This document shows, in pieces, positions 59,263-64,000 of a DNA stretch of 64,000 bases. Each line of letters starts with the position of its first letter. Positions within the stretch are counted from its first letter, which is position 1. The stretch lies in NCBI GenBank assembly GCA_964522375.1, contig CAZFVB010000001.1:33041-97040 (forward strand), read 5' to 3'. The notes under the pieces were generated by a model that did not search any database, had not been told where the DNA came from, and saw only the letters and a list, made by a program, of their open reading frames with translations. The position numbers were made by a program, and so were the translations under genes. This stretch comes from an uncultured Chloroflexota bacterium (GTDB taxonomy: Bacteria > Chloroflexota > UBA11872).

Positions 59263-60164
59263 TTGACGCTGGCATACGCATTGATGCCTCCATTGACGAA
59301 GATCGATACACCGATCTTCTTACGCTTGCTAGTTGGAGCAAGACGGTGCTTGAACTGGAAAGTGTTTTTGATGTCAGGGTTGTGTATGAGGGCGCGGTCT
59401 GCGGATTTAAAGAATGTCGGGTCATATGCTTGGTTCTGGGCGATGCAGACGCCGATGTTCGGTTGGCGATAGATGCGGTGCCGATCGTTATGACTAGGCC
59501 AGTTCTTGCGTCGGTACGAGCGGTCGTGCGTGCCTTGGGAGCACATATGAGTAGTGGTCGTTCCTTGCCCTCGGGCGTGGCCGTTCAAATCTTGCTTGTC
59601 GAGCCTGCATATGGGGAGGAAATGACGGTTGTTGGCCCCAAAGACTTCAGCCTGGCGAGCATGTTAATGCTTCGTGGATCCCCGCTGTCTCCCGGTGTGT
59701 GGGCCACGCTGACGAATTCGCTTGATGCTTTCGAGCCCTCGATAGTTCTTGATCTGCGGGATGGTCATTCGTCGTTTCGAAGAGGGGCGGTTGGATTGAT
59801 CGTCTATGCAAACGGACAAAAAACGAGCTCTAAATGGCACGACGAAGAACGGATATCAATAGGTGTTCATGAGGGGCAACAGATTGCTGATGAGGTGCGT
59901 CGCGGTGGTTTTGAGTTGCTACGCCTAGGGGATGCGAGCGCAGATGTTGTTGGACTTGTAGAGCTAGCCCCCGGTGTTCTTTCAGTTGCATCTGGTCCTC
60001 TTCATGATAGGTCGCTTGCAGAATATGCTGTTGATTCTTTTGGAGCGCTAGGCGTGACAGCAGTAGCTGTTGGTCCTACTGAATGGAGTCGTGCTGCTGG
60101 TGTGACATTGACTGCCGGAGCTGTCTTGGCAGTAGGAAGTTCCATTGTTCATCCCGGGTTGTGA
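59259..60164 (+). CDS. Hypothetical protein C (301 aa, Ala/Val-rich hydrophobic C-terminus)
   Basis: GTG start overlapping the upstream stop (GTGA). No recognisable catalytic motif. The C-terminal segment GALGVTAVAVGPT...AGAVLAVGSSIV may be membrane-embedded. Confidence 0.35.
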   Translation: MIDAGIRIDASIDEDRYTDLLTLASWSKTVLELESVFDVRVVYEGAVCGFKECRVICLVLGDADADVRLAIDAVPIVMTRPVLASVRAVVRALGAHMSSGRSLPSGVAVQILLVEPAYGEEMTVVGPKDFSLASMLMLRGSPLSPGVWATLTNSLDAFEPSIVLDLRDGHSSFRRGAVGLIVYANGQKTSSKWHDEERISIGVHEGQQIADEVRRGGFELLRLGDASADVVGLVELAPGVLSVASGPLHDRSLAEYAVDSFGALGVTAVAVGPTEWSRAAGVTLTAGAVLAVGSSIVHPGL

Positions 60165-60169
60165 GTTTG

Positions 60170-61675
60170 ATGCTTGAGGAGTCGATTGAAAGTGCGGTGG
60201 CTGTAGCTGCACCAGATTTGGCGGATGTTCCTCTGGAATATGTTCCGATCAATGTCGGGCCTAGAGGTTTAACGCTTGTTGCTCATGATCGGAATCGTTT
60301 GAAACAAATTATTGTCGAAGGGCTTGTTCCGAAGCGTGCGCTTCGTGTTAGGTCGCTGCCGGAGGATGTATCAATTGCGGCTCGTGTTGAAGCCAATGCA
60401 TTTCAAAGAGCTCGTCGCCATCGGAGAAATGCGCAAGCTCAGTTTCTAGCTTACGTTATCGCAGCTTGTGGCTTGCCTTTCCTAACTGCGACTCTGCTAG
60501 GTCTAATAGCAATCTTATTTCGAGGCTTGTCCTTGTTCGATGGTGCTATTCACTTCTTTCTGGGTAGTGCTGGAGGATCCCTTGGAGGTTTGCCACTGGC
60601 GGTAGCAATCTCTCTCGTGCCGTCGGTTGTGTTGGTGAAGCGGGCATATCGGGTCCGGGTCGCTTGGCCAGAAGCTCGGTTTGATGAATCCATGATGGCG
60701 GTTAGTAGGCTCGATGTTCAGGAAGACACTCATGAGTTTTTTTCTTCGGCCGATGGTTTGATTGACGACATCGGGAGCTTGCTCGCGGGGCGGACACGGG
60801 TTGGTGGGGACAGTGCGCTTCGATTGGCCCGAGCCTTTGAGGAACTTCGTGCTGTGGCGGCCAAACATCATGTTCATTCTGTGCAAGCACTTGCGGGTGA
60901 TATTGCGGCCCAGTTTCGTGGGGCAGGTCGCGCGCCACGTCGCTTGTTTCTGGGCCTCTATGGGAGGAGGCCCAGTGTTGACATAAATGCAGTGCTAGCT
61001 CCATATCAACCTTCGACACAGGCTGGGTTACCGATCGCTGTTTCAATAGCGAGTACCGCTTTGTGTGGTGTTCTCATTGCGCTTGCCACGTTTTTTTGTT
61101 CAGGCGTATTTCGTCTTTCTGCTGAGGAGGCTCTAACGCTTGTTCCCAACGAAATGCTGATGTTTCCGTCAAGCGCCTCTGTGGTGGCTCTTGGACAGGG
61201 GATAGACGGACCGTCCACACGTAGCCAAAATGCAATGAGCATCGTTCAAGGGCCGGGCTTGTATTGGGCTTGGCCACGCCCTTTAAACGATAGAAAAACC
61301 ATCCAGTTGGCTGATCGACATGCAAACATTTCGGCACGATATGAAACTCAGACTTCGGTCGAAGAGGTACGAGTAGAGTTTCGTTATGACGTTATTGATC
61401 TAAAGGCTTTTGTTCGCCTGGGACCTCCGGAGCTTTCTGATCAAGTCCTCAGAGCGGCCCTAGGACAGGCGTTTGAGGAATTCTTGCGTGTCACACGGGA
61501 TATGCTCGTCAGACAGCGAGGACAGGCCGCTGACGTTAGCGTCGACAGAGAACTGGAAGCAAGCATGGGACTTCTTGCGAATCGATTTGTCTTGATAGCA
61601 AACGCCACTGAGGAGATAAGTGCGTCAGGGATATTGTTGCGTAGTAGTCCAGACATTAAGTTTCGTGGGATATGA
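60170..61675 (+). CDS. Hypothetical polytopic membrane protein D (about 502 aa) with possible SPFH-like C-terminal region
   Basis: Start at MLEES, 5 nt after the gene C stop. At least three TM segments (FLAYVIAACGLPFLTATLLGLIAILF, AIHFFLGSAGGSLGGLPLAVAISLV, GLPIAVSIASTALCGVLIALATFF). The C-terminal VEEVRVEFRYDVIDLKAFV...ALGQAFEEFLRVTRDMLV weakly resembles the band-7/SPFH fold. Confidence 0.35.
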   Translation: MLEESIESAVAVAAPDLADVPLEYVPINVGPRGLTLVAHDRNRLKQIIVEGLVPKRALRVRSLPEDVSIAARVEANAFQRARRHRRNAQAQFLAYVIAACGLPFLTATLLGLIAILFRGLSLFDGAIHFFLGSAGGSLGGLPLAVAISLVPSVVLVKRAYRVRVAWPEARFDESMMAVSRLDVQEDTHEFFSSADGLIDDIGSLLAGRTRVGGDSALRLARAFEELRAVAAKHHVHSVQALAGDIAAQFRGAGRAPRRLFLGLYGRRPSVDINAVLAPYQPSTQAGLPIAVSIASTALCGVLIALATFFCSGVFRLSAEEALTLVPNEMLMFPSSASVVALGQGIDGPSTRSQNAMSIVQGPGLYWAWPRPLNDRKTIQLADRHANISARYETQTSVEEVRVEFRYDVIDLKAFVRLGPPELSDQVLRAALGQAFEEFLRVTRDMLVRQRGQAADVSVDRELEASMGLLANRFVLIANATEEISASGILLRSSPDIKFRGI

Positions 61676-61716
61676 GGATTTGACGACTTAACGTGGTCGT
61701 TGCTGGATAATCACTA

Positions 61717-62382
61717 ATGACTACGATGGGTGAGTTGCTCCGTGGTGGTCGGGATAGGGCTGGGATGACTGTAGAAGAGGTGGCGGATGCCACCAATATG
61801 CCCCGTGACACCATTGTTGCCCTTGAGCAGGATGATATTTCTGTGCTTCCCGGAGGTCCGTTCACGCGGGGATTTATTCGAATTTACAGCAGGGTTCTTG
61901 GCATTCCTGCCGAACCGGTTCTAGAGGCGTACTCTCGGGCGTTAGGGGCTCAACAATACGTGCTGGACGAACCAGTTCGTCAATTACGACGCCTGCGTTA
62001 TACCCGAATTGTAGCCGGCGTGGTTGCGTTGGCAGTGGTTGTAATTGGACTTGGGAGCTTGATCCTGTTTGCAAGTAAATTTGATCCACCACTTCATGTT
62101 GTCAATACGGAAGTTCAGCGGGTTGAACAGCTTCGCGAAGGTTCGGTGGTCGAGCTTGTTGCCCTTCGACCATGCGAAATTGAGGTTGTTATCGATGGTC
62201 GATCAGGATTCAATGGGAAGATTTCAGGAGGTTCGAGACAGGAGTGGGTTCCACAAAGTGAGATGCGTGTGACGGCGAGTGAAGGCAACGCCATAGAAGT
62301 AAGGATTGACGGGCAGAAGACGGGTACGCTTGGGCCGCTCGGTACTGGTGTCCAACGTACGTGGCGTGTGTTGGTCCGATGA
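61717..62382 (+). CDS. RodZ-like protein (N-terminal XRE-type HTH, single TM, C-terminal DUF4115-like domain)
   Basis: HTH MTVEEVADATNMPRDTIVALEQDDISVLPGGPFTRGFIRIYSRVLG matches the RodZ N-terminus. TM helix IVAGVVALAVVVIGLGSLILF. Beta-rich C-terminal domain. Confidence 0.55.
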   Translation: MTTMGELLRGGRDRAGMTVEEVADATNMPRDTIVALEQDDISVLPGGPFTRGFIRIYSRVLGIPAEPVLEAYSRALGAQQYVLDEPVRQLRRLRYTRIVAGVVALAVVVIGLGSLILFASKFDPPLHVVNTEVQRVEQLREGSVVELVALRPCEIEVVIDGRSGFNGKISGGSRQEWVPQSEMRVTASEGNAIEVRIDGQKTGTLGPLGTGVQRTWRVLVR

Positions 62383-62954
62383 AGGTTCACACCGAACCGG
62401 TTTGGGTGCAGTCCCTTCCTAACCTTTTGACCGGTCTTCGTGTTGTACTTACTCCAGTGATCGTTTGTCTGATGTTATGGGACGGTGTGTTCTCGAATCA
62501 GTTGGCGGCTATCTTTTTCGGTGTTGCTGCGATAAGTGATGTGTTGGACGGATTTTTTGCGCGCCGGCATGGTTCGGGATCTCAACTTGGAATATTTTTC
62601 GACCTAGTTGGAGACAAGCTTCTAGTGGCTGCGGTTCTCATTGCTGCAGTGGAACTTGGATGGATTCCTAGCTGGGTGGTATTGGGATTTGTCGGCAGGG
62701 AAATTTTTGTGATGGGGATGCGTTCTTACGCTGGTGCTCAGGGCGTTACGGTCAGTGCTGGTCATCTTGGAAAGATGAAAATGATGTGGCAATACATCGC
62801 GATTGGTGGTTTGCTCTTTGATCGAGCACCCATGATCTGGGTTCTTGTCTTGTTCGCGTTTGTGTTGACTCTTGTGTCTGGGATCCATTACCTGGTCACT
62901 ATTTCAAGGGAATTACATACTCGTCCTGCCCCTGATGTTCCCGATCCCATCTAA
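62379..62954 (+). CDS. pgsA: CDP-diacylglycerol--glycerol-3-phosphate 3-phosphatidyltransferase (CDP-alcohol phosphatidyltransferase family)
   Basis: Family signature DGFFARRHGSGSQLGIFFDLVGDKLLV (D-G-x2-A-R-x8-G-x3-D-x3-D). The start is taken at MKVHTEP, overlapping the rodZ-like stop by ATGA. Confidence 0.75.
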   Translation: MKVHTEPVWVQSLPNLLTGLRVVLTPVIVCLMLWDGVFSNQLAAIFFGVAAISDVLDGFFARRHGSGSQLGIFFDLVGDKLLVAAVLIAAVELGWIPSWVVLGFVGREIFVMGMRSYAGAQGVTVSAGHLGKMKMMWQYIAIGGLLFDRAPMIWVLVLFAFVLTLVSGIHYLVTISRELHTRPAPDVPDPI

Positions 62955-63117
62955 TAAATATCGAGATCGTATGTTGCTTGCGGAAGTGGAAATTGTGTGA
63001 GTGCCGAACACAAGGGGTTTTTGGTTGAATGCCACTAAAAGAGTCGAGGCTTAGCTCGATGGGGATGAATGGCCTCACGTTTGGAGGCGTTGTCCGAACG
63101 ATTAGAGGTGTGCGGGG

Positions 63118-63921
63118 ATGATCGACCGCGACCAGTTGCTTGGGTTAGGTCGATGGATCTCGATACTCGTGTTAGCAGGGGCTTGTCTCTCGAGTTTGTT
63201 CAACTGGACTAACGCGCCGTGGTTCAGCCAGATTGCTAATCCTGTTACCGGGAGCTTTAGCGCAGGACCTATTAACCAGTTTTTCTCGGTTGGGCAAACT
63301 CTCACAACAGCAGCAAACGAAGTCTCCAGGGTTGACCTAAAGATTGCTTATGGCGGTGAGCGTGATTCGGTGTTTGCTCATGTTGAAGTGAAAAGCTTCC
63401 CAAGCGGTCGATCGCTGAGATCGGGCTCAGTGGAGCTTGTGTACGGGAAAGCATGGTATAGCTTTAGTTTCCCACCGATCACGGTGGATGAATCGGGCGG
63501 CCAAGTGCTTGTTGAAGTACGTTCGGTTCCAGGACGTGGTTTAAGTGACCGTGATCTTGTTTCTGTTTTCTACGAACATCGGGATCCGTACGCGGGTGGA
63601 CGAATGTATGTACGGGGTATGCCTGCTCGTGCGGATTGGGATCTTGGGTTTCGGATGTACACAGCTGTTGGGTTACGGGACGCATTAGGGTCGATCAAGA
63701 CCTGGCATCTCTTGGGCATTGAAGCGCCTTGGGTTATTGCGCTTGGTCTGGCATCGTTTTTCTGCGGCCTGCTCTTGTGGCTGCATCGGTGTGTGAATGG
63801 ACAAACCCCGCAAGTGTGGAGTTTCGCGTTCGTGGCGTTAATGCTCGTTGCTGTTGCGTTGTATGCGCCTGAAGCTATTGCGAACCCTGCCATTACCACC
63901 GTGCACGTTGGGCTCCAGTGA
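63118..63921 (+). CDS. Hypothetical membrane protein (N-terminal and C-terminal TM helices flanking a beta-rich domain)
   Basis: 267 aa. Helices WISILVLAGACLSSLF and VIALGLASFFCGLLLWL, then FAFVALMLVAVALYA. No recognisable motif. Confidence 0.4.
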   Translation: MIDRDQLLGLGRWISILVLAGACLSSLFNWTNAPWFSQIANPVTGSFSAGPINQFFSVGQTLTTAANEVSRVDLKIAYGGERDSVFAHVEVKSFPSGRSLRSGSVELVYGKAWYSFSFPPITVDESGGQVLVEVRSVPGRGLSDRDLVSVFYEHRDPYAGGRMYVRGMPARADWDLGFRMYTAVGLRDALGSIKTWHLLGIEAPWVIALGLASFFCGLLLWLHRCVNGQTPQVWSFAFVALMLVAVALYAPEAIANPAITTVHVGLQ

Positions 63922-64000
63922 CAGTTAGGCTTCCGCGTAGCCCTCTTCTCTCTGTCATTACACTCGCAATTGGCATAGTTGTGCTGTGGATTGCTCTGAC

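Overview
This is a 64 kb, moderately GC-rich bacterial chromosomal window with gene-dense operons and no rRNA, tRNA, CRISPR array or recognisable transposon. Most of it is core housekeeping, read as follows.

- Chaperones and proteases: groES-groEL, an Hsp20 small heat-shock gene with a HAIR-like inverted repeat upstream, and a ClpC-type ATPase.
- DNA topology: gyrB and gyrA, separated by about 31 kb, with gyrA next to mnmG/gidA.
- Amino-acid biosynthesis: argC-argJ-argB-argD-argH, hisC, thrC and lysC.
- Lipid and envelope: plsX, accD-accA, pgsA, uppP and a rodZ-like gene.
- Other: a K+-independent H+-pyrophosphatase, moaC, a PduO-type cobalamin adenosyltransferase and nrdR.

Accessory-looking content includes an aminotransferase translationally coupled to two tandem Ldh_2-family oxidoreductases. 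There is also an orphan LarA-like racemase homolog, a XerC/D-family recombinase and a cytoplasmic GH32-like beta-propeller protein. A sugar/glycan locus carries two GT2 genes, a GT4 with a large insertion, a sugar-phosphate nucleotidyltransferase, a SAM methyltransferase and a Gfo/Idh/MocA oxidoreductase. In the same locus a secreted clan-A glycoside hydrolase carries a CxxCH cytochrome-c-like module.

The best candidate for something undescribed is a four-gene, tightly coupled operon at 57809..61675. It encodes uncharacterised, mostly membrane-anchored proteins, two of them of identical length and architecture, between mnmG and the rodZ-pgsA genes. A second unusual item is an NrdR repressor with a duplicated N-terminal zinc ribbon that is not adjacent to any nrd gene.

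Every call comes from reading the six-frame translations and the DNA by eye. No database search was run, so family assignments rest on recognised motifs.
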